In this document: positions 29,811 to 40,164 of the stretch, piece after piece
How the letters are laid out: each line of letters begins with the position of its first letter
Numbering within the stretch: the stretch's first letter is position 1
Assembly (NCBI GenBank): GCA_965200965.1
Contig: OZ241744.1
Coordinates: 1,760,001 to 1,824,000, forward strand
Source of the DNA: an uncultured Candidatus Binatia bacterium
GTDB taxonomy: Bacteria; Desulfobacterota; Binatia; Bin18
Reading direction: 5' to 3'
DNA: 64,000 bases
Program-made: the position numbers and the translations under genes
The notes under the pieces: model-generated
What the model was told of the DNA's origin: nothing
Seen by the model: only the letters and a program-made list of their open reading frames with translations
Databases searched by the model: none

Positions 29811-32800
29811 TTAACACGCCTCGCCCAGCTCGCGCAAGAGCGTCTTGACCGACCGGATGACATCCTCACCCGGCGTGAGACCCAGGCTCAGGCGGAAGTC
29901 GGGCGTCACGTTCGACGGCCGCGTGTCGTGCTGGATAAAGGCGATGAGCCGCTCGGGCTTGATCGGCGAATCGGGGTGAAAGTGGACGGTGAGCAACTCG
30001 GCGCGTTTTGCGACCGCGGTGATCAGACAGGCGCGCAACACCCGGCGCAAGTCCATGACCTCAATCAGCGACAAGACGAGTTCGGGCAGGGGACCGAAGC
30101 GGTCTTCCAGCTCCTCGCCGAGTTCTTCCAACTCGTCCCGGGTTTGGACATTGGCCAATTTCTTGTAGAACACCAGGCGTTGGTTGACGTCCGGGATGTA
30201 GGCTTCGGGGATATAGGCGGGAATGCCGAGTTGAATCTCCGGCTCAATCTGGACCTGTATCTGGCCGCCCCTGAGTTCGGCGACGGTTTCTTCCAACATC
30301 TGGGCGTACAACTCAAAGCCGACCGCGGCGACATTGCCCGACTGTTCTTTGCCCAGCAGGTTGCCAGCACCCCGAATTTCCAGATCGTGGGCGGCCAGAC
30401 GAAAGCCGCCGCCGAGATCGTCCAACTCCTCAAGCACCTCCAGGCGCCGGCTGGCATCCTTGGTCAGCCGGTGCTGGCCGGGGATCAGCAGGTAGGCATA
30501 GGCGCGCTGGGCCGAGCGGCCGACCCGGCCCCGGAGTTGGTAGAGCTGGGCCAGGCCGAACTGGTCGGCCCGGTTGATAAGAATCGTGTTCGCCGTCGGA
30601 ATATCGAGACCTGACTCAATGATCGAGGAACACAGCAGCACATTAGTGCGGTGGTGGAGAAAGTCGAGCATGACCGTCTCGAGCTCGCGTTCGGCTATCT
30701 GGCCGTGACCGACCGCCAGGCTGGCTTCGGGCACCAGCTCGCGCAGATGGTCGGCCATACGCTCAATGCTCTCCACCCGGTTGTGGACAAAAAAGACTTG
30801 GCCGCCCCGCTCCAGCTCACGCAGGATGGCCGACCGGATCAGGTCCTCATCAAAGCGCGTCACATAGGTCCGAATGGCCTGCCGGTCAACCGGCGGGGTC
30901 TCGATCACGCTCAGGTCACGCAGACCGATCAGGCCCATGTTGAGGGTGCGGGGAATCGGGGTGGCGGACAGGGTCAGCACATCAACGAGGTGGCGCAGCT
31001 TCTTGATCTTTTCCTTGTGGGCTACCCCAAAGCGGTGCTCTTCGTCAATCACGATCAGCCCCAGGCGTTTAAACACAATGTCGCGCTGGAGTAGCCGGTG
31101 GGTGCCGATGACAATATCGACCTGACCGCCGGCCAAGCCGCGGACCACGGCTCTGACCTCCTGGGGCGAACGAAAACGGTTCAGCACCTCAACCCGCACC
31201 GGATACCCGGCAAAACGGCGGGCAAAGGTCTCGCCGTGCTGCTGAGCCAGCACGGTGGTCGGGACTAACACGGCCACCTGTTTGCCGGCCATCACGCTCA
31301 GAAAGGCGGCCCGCAGGGCGACTTCGGTTTTTCCGTAGCCGACATCGCCGCACACCAGCCGGTCCATCGGCTTGGGGCTGCTGAGGTCGGCCAGGACATC
31401 ATCAATGGCCAGCCGCTGGCCACGCGTTTCCTCAAACGGAAAGCCGGCCACAAACTCTCTATACTCCGGCCCATCCACCGCCAGGGTCGGGCGCTGGGTG
31501 GCCTCGCGTACTGCGTGCATCTCCAGCAGCTCTCGCGCCATAGCCAGAATGGCTTCTCGGGTTTTGCGTTTGACCCGCTCCCATTTGTCGAGCGCGCTCA
31601 GACGGTCAAGGGCCGGGCGGCGCTCGCCGCTCCCGGCGTACTTCTGGACCAGGTTGATCCGCTCAACCGGCAGGTACAGCCGGTCTCTGTCGGCGTACTC
31701 AAGCTGGAGATAGTCGCCCTCGGTGTCGGCCACCGACAGATGACGCAACCCCTGGTAGCGGCCGATGCCGTGGTCAATATGCACGACATAATCACCGACC
31801 TGCAGCTGACCCAGCCCGGTCAGATAATCGGCAACAGGCCGGGGCCGGGCGCGGCGGCGGTGGCGGCGCTCGCCAAAGATGTCTTCCTCGGCGATAAACA
31901 CCAGGCCGTCGGCCGGCAGCGCAAAGCCCTGCGAGACGGAACCGAGCAGAATAGCGACGCCGGGTGGCTGGCCGGGCCTGGCCGAGCGCTGGGACCACTC
32001 GGCGGCCGGCACAATGGCTGACTCGAGTTCGTGGCCCAGCAGCAATTGCTGGAGCTGGGTGGCCTGGACCCGGCTCGATACGGTCAGGAACACCCCGGTG
32101 CGCTCCTCTTGCCACTGCCGCAGCCGATCAACAAGGGCCGCCAGGCCGCCGGTGCCGCTTTTGGGCAGGGCACTCCGCAGCAGCGAAGAACTGACCGTGT
32201 GGTCAGCCTCGACATGTTCAAGACCGAGCAGCTCACACACCGGGCCGGTGAGGTACCGGCGCAGGTCTTCGGGCCGCACATAGAGTTGTTCGGGTTGAGC
32301 GGCAAAATGGCCGTGCATAGAGGCAGCCTCGGCCTGCTGGGTGAGGGCCTCCCAGCTCTGTTCCAGACTGGCCTGGGTAGCCAGCGGATCGACCAGCCAG
32401 ACCAGCGTATGGGGCGGGAGGTAGTCCCACAGGCTCTCCAGGGCCGGATAGAGCCACGGCAAAAAGGCTTCGACGCCGGGGAACAACAGACCGCTTTTCA
32501 CATTGTCGGTCAGGCGTTGCTGTTCCCGATGGGGCATCTCACTGGCTGCCAGGGCAGCTTCAATTGAGCGGGTGGCGGCCTGCAAGCAGGCTACCGAAAA
32601 AAAACGCATCGGCAGCAGCATGGCTTCGTCAAGCGGGGCGCGGGAACGCTGCGAGGACGGGTCAAAGGTCCGCAAGGACTCTACCACATCGCCAAAGAAC
32701 TCGGCCCGGATGGGCGCGTCGGACAGCGGCGGAAACACGTCAAGCAGGCCGCCGCGGACACTCAACTCGCCCTTTTCCTCAACCACTGGAACCCGTCGAT

Positions 32801-33326
32801 AGCCCCACTGGAGCAGGCCGTCGGCGACCTCGGTCAAGGCCAGATCCTGGCCGCGGGCAATGCGCCGGGTGGCAAGCATGAACTCTTCCTGGGGCATGAC
32901 CCGCTGGCTGAGTGCCGGGGCGCTGGTGACGATCACCGGGGCGCTGAGCGACAGCAGATAATAGAGGCCCTCAAGCTGAGCCGCCACCGCGTCGCTGCTG
33001 GGCGACAGCCCCTCAAAGGCTGGCACGTCCCAGGCCGGGTAGAAGTGGAGGCGGCGGGCGGCGGTACCGTCCGGCCCGGGCTGGCCGGCGAGAAACAGGC
33101 GCAGGTCCTCGGCAAAGGCTTCTGCCGCCCGGTCGGATTCGAGCACGCACAGGGTTGGGCGTGGCTGTTGGAGACAGCCGGCCACAAAGAAGGCCCGCGC
33201 CGCGCCTTTGAGCCCAGCGACGCGCAGCCGCTCTCCGGGCCTGAGCGTCGGCACAGCGGCCAGTACCTCGGCCTGCGTGTCAGACACCGGATGCAGGTGA
33301 GCGGCAACGGGCGGGTCAGCAGCCAT
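29811..33326 (-). CDS. mfd: Transcription-repair coupling factor
   Basis: GDYVVHIDHGIG, CGDVGYGKTEVA, DEEHRFGV, QLRGRVGRS and DLEIRGAGNLLG. Confidence 0.97.
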   Translation of the reverse strand: MAADPPVAAHLHPVSDTQAEVLAAVPTLRPGERLRVAGLKGAARAFFVAGCLQQPRPTLCVLESDRAAEAFAEDLRLFLAGQPGPDGTAARRLHFYPAWDVPAFEGLSPSSDAVAAQLEGLYYLLSLSAPVIVTSAPALSQRVMPQEEFMLATRRIARGQDLALTEVADGLLQWGYRRVPVVEEKGELSVRGGLLDVFPPLSDAPIRAEFFGDVVESLRTFDPSSQRSRAPLDEAMLLPMRFFSVACLQAATRSIEAALAASEMPHREQQRLTDNVKSGLLFPGVEAFLPWLYPALESLWDYLPPHTLVWLVDPLATQASLEQSWEALTQQAEAASMHGHFAAQPEQLYVRPEDLRRYLTGPVCELLGLEHVEADHTVSSSLLRSALPKSGTGGLAALVDRLRQWQEERTGVFLTVSSRVQATQLQQLLLGHELESAIVPAAEWSQRSARPGQPPGVAILLGSVSQGFALPADGLVFIAEEDIFGERRHRRRARPRPVADYLTGLGQLQVGDYVVHIDHGIGRYQGLRHLSVADTEGDYLQLEYADRDRLYLPVERINLVQKYAGSGERRPALDRLSALDKWERVKRKTREAILAMARELLEMHAVREATQRPTLAVDGPEYREFVAGFPFEETRGQRLAIDDVLADLSSPKPMDRLVCGDVGYGKTEVALRAAFLSVMAGKQVAVLVPTTVLAQQHGETFARRFAGYPVRVEVLNRFRSPQEVRAVVRGLAGGQVDIVIGTHRLLQRDIVFKRLGLIVIDEEHRFGVAHKEKIKKLRHLVDVLTLSATPIPRTLNMGLIGLRDLSVIETPPVDRQAIRTYVTRFDEDLIRSAILRELERGGQVFFVHNRVESIERMADHLRELVPEASLAVGHGQIAERELETVMLDFLHHRTNVLLCSSIIESGLDIPTANTILINRADQFGLAQLYQLRGRVGRSAQRAYAYLLIPGQHRLTKDASRRLEVLEELDDLGGGFRLAAHDLEIRGAGNLLGKEQSGNVAAVGFELYAQMLEETVAELRGGQIQVQIEPEIQLGIPAYIPEAYIPDVNQRLVFYKKLANVQTRDELEELGEELEDRFGPLPELVLSLIEVMDLRRVLRACLITAVAKRAELLTVHFHPDSPIKPERLIAFIQHDTRPSNVTPDFRLSLGLTPGEDVIRSVKTLLRELGEAC

Positions 33327-33342
33327 GTTTTGTCGAGTCGGC

Positions 33343-34446
33343 TCAGCGCGGGGCCCGGGACGGCTCAGCCACCCGCCCATACAGCGGGATGCTGAGCGTT
33401 TTTTCGAGCGGGTGATCGGTAAAAACCTGCACTTCGCCCTGGATGCGGCCCGGCTGACTATCTGCCGCAACCTTCATCACCAGCGTGTATTCGGCCCCCT
33501 CGGTGACCGTTGCCAGCCGGGCCGCCACCCGCCCGGCCGTGCTTGTGACCCGGTTGATGCGCACCGGCATCTTGGACCGATTGGTGATGGTGACCCTGCG
33601 GGTTGTGTCCGCGCCCGGCGGCACCACGCCAAAGGTGACCTGGGGCGGCCGGACGACGAGTTCGCCCTCAACGCTGCCAAAGACCGGGATGAGCACCGAC
33701 GGACGCTTTGGGCTGGTCGTGGTCACGGTAATCTGGTCGTTCAGACGGCCTAGCGGGGCGTCTTCGGCCACGGTCACAATCAGGGTTTTGCCCCGCTGGC
33801 CGTCTCGTTGGAGCGGCTCGGTCCGCACACGAACCGAAGGGTGGGTGTTCCTTACCTGGGTGATCTCAACATCGGCGCTGGATATGACCTCAACCCGGCG
33901 GCTGACCGCCTTGCCGTAGGCCAGCCGGCCGATGTACAACTGGGACGGATCGGCCGCCACCTCAACCCGGATCTCACCCTGTAGGGTCAGGGTTGCAGCC
34001 GCCTGCCCGGGGTCGTTGGTATGCACGACAACGGTCTTCTTTTTTTCACCCAGAAATTGGCCGGTATCAAAGGTCGCGCTGATCGTGCCCTGCCCGCCGG
34101 GCGGGATGAGGTTGTCTGAGAGAACGGCGGCGGTGCAGCCGCACGAAGCCTTGATTGACTCGATCCGCAGGTCTCTTCCCCCCCGATTGTGAAAGCGGAA
34201 CAGGTGGGTCACCTTTTCGCCCTGCTCAACTGTGCCAAAATCATACACCGGCTGGTCAAACACCACCCGCGGCGCAACACCACTGTCGTCCGCGGTGTCC
34301 GGCTCGACCGCCGGTGGAGCCGGCTGGGCCAACGCGGTGGGGGTCAGCGTCCGATTTTGGGCCTGAACCAAACCGGCCCACAGGACGACCGCCAGCGTTG
34401 TCAGCCAGCGCCGCGCAGCAGGAGCCGCTGTCCACCCGTCAGCCAT
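33343..34446 (-). CDS. DUF1573 domain-containing exported protein
   Basis: Signal peptide; YDFGTV..F.F.N.G..L.I..ASCGCT, followed by further Ig-like repeats. Confidence 0.8.
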   Translation of the reverse strand: MADGWTAAPAARRWLTTLAVVLWAGLVQAQNRTLTPTALAQPAPPAVEPDTADDSGVAPRVVFDQPVYDFGTVEQGEKVTHLFRFHNRGGRDLRIESIKASCGCTAAVLSDNLIPPGGQGTISATFDTGQFLGEKKKTVVVHTNDPGQAAATLTLQGEIRVEVAADPSQLYIGRLAYGKAVSRRVEVISSADVEITQVRNTHPSVRVRTEPLQRDGQRGKTLIVTVAEDAPLGRLNDQITVTTTSPKRPSVLIPVFGSVEGELVVRPPQVTFGVVPPGADTTRRVTITNRSKMPVRINRVTSTAGRVAARLATVTEGAEYTLVMKVAADSQPGRIQGEVQVFTDHPLEKTLSIPLYGRVAEPSRAPR

Positions 34447-34464
34447 AGTGCGCTCCTCCCTGTG

Positions 34465-35880
34465 CTAGGCAACCTGCCGAATCCGCGTCAGGTCTTGAGC
34501 CGCGTCGTGCTGAGCGCTCAGGAACTCTTCCAGATACCTGGTATGAATGTTGCCCGCCAGAAAATCAGAGTCCTGCAAGATGCGCTGATGAAAAGGGATA
34601 TTGGTCTGAACGCCGCCGAGCTGGTACTCGGCCAGCGCCGTCCGCATACGCCGGATGGCCTCCTCGCGGCTGGCCCCGCTGGCGATCACCTTGGCCACCA
34701 GGGAATCGTAGTACATCGGCACTAGCGAGCGATCGGTCACCCCCGATTCAACCCGAATACCGATTCCACCCGGGGCGGCATAGCCACGGATTTTGCCCGG
34801 GGAAGGCAGCATGGTGCGGGGATCTTCGGCCACGATCCGGCACTCAATGGCGTGCCCACGGGCAGTGATCTCTCGCTGTTTCCAGGCCAGCGGCTCGCCC
34901 GCGGCCGAGCGAATCCCGGCCTGGACAATGTCGATGCCGGTGACCATCTCGGTCACCGGATGCTCAACCTGGACCCGGGTATTCATCTCAATAAAATAGA
35001 ATCGCCCCTTGGGATCGACCAAAAACTCAATTGTCCCGACATTGGTGTAGCCAACGGCCCGGGCCGCCTTGACCGCGGCGGCCCCCATCCTGTCCCGCTG
35101 TCTTTTGGTCAGGACCGGCGACGGTGCCTCTTCGATCAACTTCTGATAGCGACGCTGGATCGAGCACTCGCGTTCGCCCAAATGGATGACGTTGCGGTGC
35201 TGGTCTCCCACAATCTGGAACTCGATATGCCGCGCGTTGTCCAAATACTTCTCCACATACAGACTGCCGTTGCCAAACGCCTTCTCGCCCTCGTCGCGGG
35301 CAACCGCAAACAGGGCGGCCAACTCACCCGGATCATGTGCAATGCGCAAGCCGCGCCCCCCACCGCCGGCCGCGGCTTTGAGCAGGACCGGAAAACCGAT
35401 CTGGGCGGCAACCGCCTGGAGTTCGCGGACATCCGAGACGGCCGCGGTCGTACCGGGCAGGACCGAGACCTTGGCCTTTTCCATGATCCGGCGCGCGCGC
35501 GGTTTATCGCCCATGAGTTTGATGTTGCGCACCCGGGGCCCGATAAACACCAGCCCAGAGCGTTGGCAGGCTTCGGCAAAGTCTGCATTCTCCGACAGAA
35601 ATCCATAGCCCGGATGGACCGCATCGGCACCAAAAGACAGCGCTGCGCTGACAATCGTCGGGATATTCAGATAACTGCCGGCCGGCTCGGGCGGCCCGAT
35701 ACAGACACTCTCATCGGCCAGACGAACATGCAAGGCGTCTTTGTCGGCCGTTGAATACACAGCAACGGTCGCAATATCGAGCGAGCGACAGGCCCGGATA
35801 ATCCGAACCGCAATCTCGCCTCTGTTGGCAATCAGGACTCGCCTGAACACACGCTCTCCATTTCGAGCTCGGACCACCAT
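34465..35880 (-). CDS. accC: Acetyl-CoA carboxylase biotin carboxylase
   Basis: LIANRGEIAVR, HPGYGFLSEN and EMNTRVQVEHPVTE. Confidence 0.96.
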   Translation of the reverse strand: MVVRARNGERVFRRVLIANRGEIAVRIIRACRSLDIATVAVYSTADKDALHVRLADESVCIGPPEPAGSYLNIPTIVSAALSFGADAVHPGYGFLSENADFAEACQRSGLVFIGPRVRNIKLMGDKPRARRIMEKAKVSVLPGTTAAVSDVRELQAVAAQIGFPVLLKAAAGGGGRGLRIAHDPGELAALFAVARDEGEKAFGNGSLYVEKYLDNARHIEFQIVGDQHRNVIHLGERECSIQRRYQKLIEEAPSPVLTKRQRDRMGAAAVKAARAVGYTNVGTIEFLVDPKGRFYFIEMNTRVQVEHPVTEMVTGIDIVQAGIRSAAGEPLAWKQREITARGHAIECRIVAEDPRTMLPSPGKIRGYAAPGGIGIRVESGVTDRSLVPMYYDSLVAKVIASGASREEAIRRMRTALAEYQLGGVQTNIPFHQRILQDSDFLAGNIHTRYLEEFLSAQHDAAQDLTRIRQVA

Positions 35881-35884
35881 ATGT

Positions 35885-36334
35885 TCAGACCGGCTCTAAG
35901 ACAAACAGCGGCTGCTCATATTCGACCGGTTCGGCATTTTCGACCAAAATCCTGGTCACCCGACCGCGCTGTTCGGCCTGAATCTCGTTCATCATTTTCA
36001 TGGCTTCGATGATGCACACCACCACGCCCTTTTCCACGACGGTTCCAATCTCAACATAGGGCTCGGCATCGGGGTTCGGAGCGCGATAGAAGGTCCCGAC
36101 CATCGGCGAATGAATGGCCAAGCCCGGATCGAATGGTTCCGGGGTGGCAGCCTTGGACGGCTGGGTGGCGACCGAAGCCGCGGTCGGCGGCGGGACCACA
36201 GGCTCGGCCTCGCGGGCCGAGCGGGCAATCCCCCGGACGAGGCGGACCTCGCCCAGCCGGTTTTTGAGTTCCAACTCGGCCAAGCCCTTTTCTTCCATCA
36301 GCTCAATGAGCTTTCTGATATCGTCAAGTTCCAT
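35885..36334 (-). CDS. accB: Biotin carboxyl carrier protein
   Basis: SPMVGTFY and EAMKMMNEI. Confidence 0.96.
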   Translation of the reverse strand: MELDDIRKLIELMEEKGLAELELKNRLGEVRLVRGIARSAREAEPVVPPPTAASVATQPSKAATPEPFDPGLAIHSPMVGTFYRAPNPDAEPYVEIGTVVEKGVVVCIIEAMKMMNEIQAEQRGRVTRILVENAEPVEYEQPLFVLEPV

Positions 36335-36782
36335 TGTGCAGTAGTGTGGCCACCGCTCGCAGCCCTAACAGATAGCTCTGGGCTCCAAAGCCACAGACCT
36401 GGCCAACGGCGACCCGGGCGAGGTACGAGTGGTGACGAAATTCCTCGCGCTTGTAGAGGCTCGACAGGTGAACCTCAACGACCGGCAAGCCGACCGCCAG
36501 CAGCGCATCCAGGATGGCCACGCTGGTATGTGTATACGCCCCGCCATTGATGATAATCGCCGCGTACTGCTCGCGCGCGGCCTGAATGCGATCAACCAGG
36601 GCACCTTCATGGTTGGACTGAAAGGACTCGACCTCAAGCCCCAACTCGCGGCTCAACTCAAGCAGACTGGCGTTGATGTCGGCAAGTGTCGTAGAGCCAT
36701 AGATTTCGGGTTCGCGCTGTCCGAGCAGGTTGAGATTCGGGCCGTGGAGCACAAGCACCCGTGCAGATTGGCCTTTTTCCAT
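36324..36782 (-). CDS. aroQ: Type II 3-dehydroquinate dehydratase
   Basis: [24 protein letters not shown] and EVHLS. Confidence 0.96.
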   Translation of the reverse strand: MEKGQSARVLVLHGPNLNLLGQREPEIYGSTTLADINASLLELSRELGLEVESFQSNHEGALVDRIQAAREQYAAIIINGGAYTHTSVAILDALLAVGLPVVEVHLSSLYKREEFRHHSYLARVAVGQVCGFGAQSYLLGLRAVATLLHNGT

Positions 36783-36917
36783 GACTCCGCCCCCCTCCCG
36801 TTCCAGCCGGGAGTGTAAGAGGAAAAGGCGGGAACGTCAAGGCGTGCTGGCCGCGTCTGGCTTGACCCACAGCGGGCCGAAGGGCTAGGCTCGGCTCAGC
36901 CTGAGGAGGGAGCAACC

Positions 36918-37391
36918 ATGCAGATCGAAGAACTCGCCCAACGTATCCAGACCCTGGAAGACATTGAAGCCATCAAGCAGCTCAAAGCCCGCTACTGCGC
37001 GGGTGCTGATGAACGCGACGAAGCGGCGTTTGTCGGCTGCTTTACTGAGGACGCCAGTTGGGACGGCGGCAGTTTTGGCCACTATGAGGGCCGCGAGGCG
37101 ATTCGGACCTTTTTCCGCGCCATTCCCAAAAGCCTGTCGTTTGCCGTCCACTATGTGATGAACCCCCAGATTGAGGTCAAGGGCGACCGGGCCAGCGGAC
37201 GCTGGTACCTGCTGGAGCCGTGTACCATGCTGTCCGAGGGCGGGCCGCAGGCGGTCTGGGGTTCGGCCCGCTACGAAGAGGAGTACGCGCGGCAGCACGG
37301 CGAGTGGAAAATCCACCGGCTGCGCCTGATCCCGAACTTCTGGACGCCGTTTGATCAGGGTTGGGTCAAGCAACGGTTTTGGGGAGAATAA
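36918..37391 (+). CDS. NTF2/SnoaL-like protein (LinA/BaiE-like)
   Basis: LEDIEAIKQLKARYC, HYVMNPQIEV.GD.A and GEWKI. Confidence 0.85.
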   Translation: MQIEELAQRIQTLEDIEAIKQLKARYCAGADERDEAAFVGCFTEDASWDGGSFGHYEGREAIRTFFRAIPKSLSFAVHYVMNPQIEVKGDRASGRWYLLEPCTMLSEGGPQAVWGSARYEEEYARQHGEWKIHRLRLIPNFWTPFDQGWVKQRFWGE

Positions 37392-37509
37392 TACGCCGTG
37401 CCTCGACTGGCACGAGTTGAACAGCCAGAGCAGACCACGCCGGTCGTGCTTGCATTCAGACCCACGCCTGAGGCGAGGGAGCCGTGGGATTGCCGCTTGT
37501 CCCGTGGAC

Positions 37510-38769
37510 TTACTTGCCCTGCAACATCAGCGTCATCACGCTGAACTGATTGGGGCTCAGCGGCCGGTTGAAGAGAATTTTGTAGACCTCAAACGTATTG
37601 GCCCGCTGCAACTGATAGTCAACCGACCCCTGGGCGGCGATCTGGGCAAACCACTCCTTATTATCCCAGGGGTCATACTCGGGGTGGCGACCCACCACGA
37701 AGAATGTCCGCTTGTGCTTGCCCTCGTGACCGTAGGTCAGGGCGTACAACGGGAGGGCGGTTTGCACATCCATGTACAGCACCCGGCGGCTGTACAGCGG
37801 ATGGGAGATTTTGGGCGTGCCCTCGACAACGACCGCCAGGCGCAGCTCCCACGGATTGACCATGTACCAGTTGGCCTTGCCGCCCCAGGTCGGCCGGTCG
37901 GCCTTGATCGGGCCGGGGGTCAGCACAACTTTTTCTTCAACAAAGGTCCACTCGTAGTCGGCGATATAGCCCAGAAAACCGGACCGGTCCTCAATCAGCA
38001 AAACGCCCCGCTCGGGCGAGACATACGGATTATACACGACCTTGCGCGTCCGCCGACTCTTGGGGTCATAGGCCCACTGGTCCTGGGGCCGGGCGTCGTT
38101 GTCGTAGGTGACGCCGACGAGCTGGTTGCCCTCCACGTCAGAGGGGGCGACCATCAGCGAGTAGCGTTTGGTGAACACCCCCTGACGCTGCCACTGGGCC
38201 ACGTTGCGGGCCGGGTCGGGCCGGTGCATGCCGTACAGCGACAGAAAGGCAAACCGCGTGCTGCGCTCAACCGTGCCGGCGGTGTTCAGCAGGGAATTGA
38301 TGGCCCACATCTGGCTGGTGTCGCCCTGGTCACGGTAGCGCAGATTCCAGGCCGCCTTGAGCCCGGCCTGGGGGTCGTCGGCCTCCAGCAGGGGAAAGGG
38401 CTGGCCGGCCACATAGTTCTGGAGGATGTCTTCGGCGGCGATCACCCCTTCGGCGTGTTGCAGGGTGGCGTCAAGAAACGCTTGGCGAGTCGGCAGATTG
38501 GTCGTCTCCTGGACCACGACCGAGAAGTCGCCGGCGGCAATATAGTTCAGGATCTCGAGCGGCAGGACCGCGGCCGCGGCGCTGGCGTTGGTGCTGTCCA
38601 GGGTCATGCCGGGGCGGACACCGGCGACCTGCGGTGTGCCGGCCTCATACGGGAAAAAACGCTGCATGACGCGCTCACGGAAAGACTGCGCCTGGGCCGG
38701 CGTGGCGCTCAGCAAACCGAGGGCGAGCAGGGGAGCGGCGAGCAGCATCCGGGAAAGAGCACATCGCAC
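37510..38769 (-). CDS. DUF1329 family periplasmic protein
   Basis: Signal peptide, GQPFP..DPQAGLKAAWN and HPLYSRRVLYMD. Confidence 0.85.
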   Translation of the reverse strand: MRCALSRMLLAAPLLALGLLSATPAQAQSFRERVMQRFFPYEAGTPQVAGVRPGMTLDSTNASAAAAVLPLEILNYIAAGDFSVVVQETTNLPTRQAFLDATLQHAEGVIAAEDILQNYVAGQPFPLLEADDPQAGLKAAWNLRYRDQGDTSQMWAINSLLNTAGTVERSTRFAFLSLYGMHRPDPARNVAQWQRQGVFTKRYSLMVAPSDVEGNQLVGVTYDNDARPQDQWAYDPKSRRTRKVVYNPYVSPERGVLLIEDRSGFLGYIADYEWTFVEEKVVLTPGPIKADRPTWGGKANWYMVNPWELRLAVVVEGTPKISHPLYSRRVLYMDVQTALPLYALTYGHEGKHKRTFFVVGRHPEYDPWDNKEWFAQIAAQGSVDYQLQRANTFEVYKILFNRPLSPNQFSVMTLMLQGK

Positions 38770-38780
38770 CGCTGTCCCCC

Positions 38781-40085
38781 TTAGCGTCGGCCGCTGACCA
38801 TGTTGCGCAGCGAGTAGAACTGTTTGGCCCGGCCCGGCGAGAAGGTCCTTCGCATCACATAGCAGTGGGAGTAGGTCGCGTGGGGCTTTTTGGCGTTGAT
38901 GTCGGTCTCACCGACATGAATGAAAACGTAATGGCCGAGATTGTTGGAAAAGTCCTGCTTGAGATAGGGTGCCTGGGCAGCCGGCTCATCGGCATAGCTC
39001 TCCGAGTACTTCAGAAAGTGCTGGTTCATCCGCAGCAGCTTGTCGTCCCGCCGGTCAAAGGCAAACATCCAGTGGGTCCAGTAGGTCTCGGCGTCAATAA
39101 AGACAATTTTGTGGCTGTAGGGGTGGGACTCGCTTTTGGGATCTATCAGCAGTACATGGCTGTCGCGCAACTCCCAGCGGGCATTGTTCGGCACCCACAG
39201 GTGGGGGCCACCGGCCTCCGGGTTGGTCTCGACATTGGTGGTCGCCAGGATCTTCTTGCGACCCAGATAGGTCCAGTTCTGTTCATGGACCTTGCCGCCA
39301 AAGCCCATCTGGTCTTCTCTGGTAAAGTCCATGCCCATGAGTTCGCTCGTCCGCTCTGAGGCCAGGGTACGCCGCGGTTTGCGCTGGGAGGGCAGATACA
39401 TCCAGCCGCTGTCTTCCTTGTAGTGATCGACATAGGTGATCGACAGGTTCTTGGCTCCGGCCATATCGCGGGGAGAGCGGAACTCCATCAGGGACTTGGT
39501 CCGGACCTCTTCATAGCCGGGTACCAGGCAGTTTGCTCCGAGCGCATATTGGGCGTTGATTGAGGTGAACTCAAACTCTCGGTCAAGCTGACCATGTTCA
39601 CTGCGCGACCAAGCCACCATTGGCATCACATAATCGTCGGTCCCGGGCCGCCACAGCATATTCCAGATGACCTTGACGGCGATCTGCGGGTCGTCGGGGG
39701 CGATGGTCGGAAACGGAAAGCCGCCGCCCTTGAAATCGACCAGCACGCCCTCGTCATCCAGATAGTAGCCAGTCGGGACATTCTTGCCCCACTCAGGCGG
39801 GGGTGGATAGTCGCCGGTCTCGGCAATGGCCATCTGCATATCGTCAAAGAAATAGTACTCCCAGGCCGACTGGGGAATGAAGGGCTCAAGGGCTTGGCGG
39901 TCTTGTACGCCCAGGGTCTGTCCAGGCTCAAACATCGGCGGGGCTTCCCGGTGCTGTTCAACCCACTTCACCAAGGCTTGATAGCTCTGATCCTCCGCGG
40001 CCCAGGCCGGAGATGAGGCCCCGAGTATGAGGGCGGCAAAAATCCACATCAGGTGGCTGAAGGGTGGGTGGTGTCCTGTACGCAT
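38781..40085 (-). CDS. DUF1329 family periplasmic protein
   Basis: GFPFP..DPQIAVKVIWN, WMYLPSQRKPRR and HPYSHKIVFID. Confidence 0.85.
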   Translation of the reverse strand: MRTGHHPPFSHLMWIFAALILGASSPAWAAEDQSYQALVKWVEQHREAPPMFEPGQTLGVQDRQALEPFIPQSAWEYYFFDDMQMAIAETGDYPPPPEWGKNVPTGYYLDDEGVLVDFKGGGFPFPTIAPDDPQIAVKVIWNMLWRPGTDDYVMPMVAWSRSEHGQLDREFEFTSINAQYALGANCLVPGYEEVRTKSLMEFRSPRDMAGAKNLSITYVDHYKEDSGWMYLPSQRKPRRTLASERTSELMGMDFTREDQMGFGGKVHEQNWTYLGRKKILATTNVETNPEAGGPHLWVPNNARWELRDSHVLLIDPKSESHPYSHKIVFIDAETYWTHWMFAFDRRDDKLLRMNQHFLKYSESYADEPAAQAPYLKQDFSNNLGHYVFIHVGETDINAKKPHATYSHCYVMRRTFSPGRAKQFYSLRNMVSGRR

Positions 40086-40164
40086 ATCTTCCTCCTTGGA
40101 AAGGCTGCTGTCGGGCGGATATCAGCGGCAGGGTAGCAAACCGGACGCGGAAAGTATAGCCGGT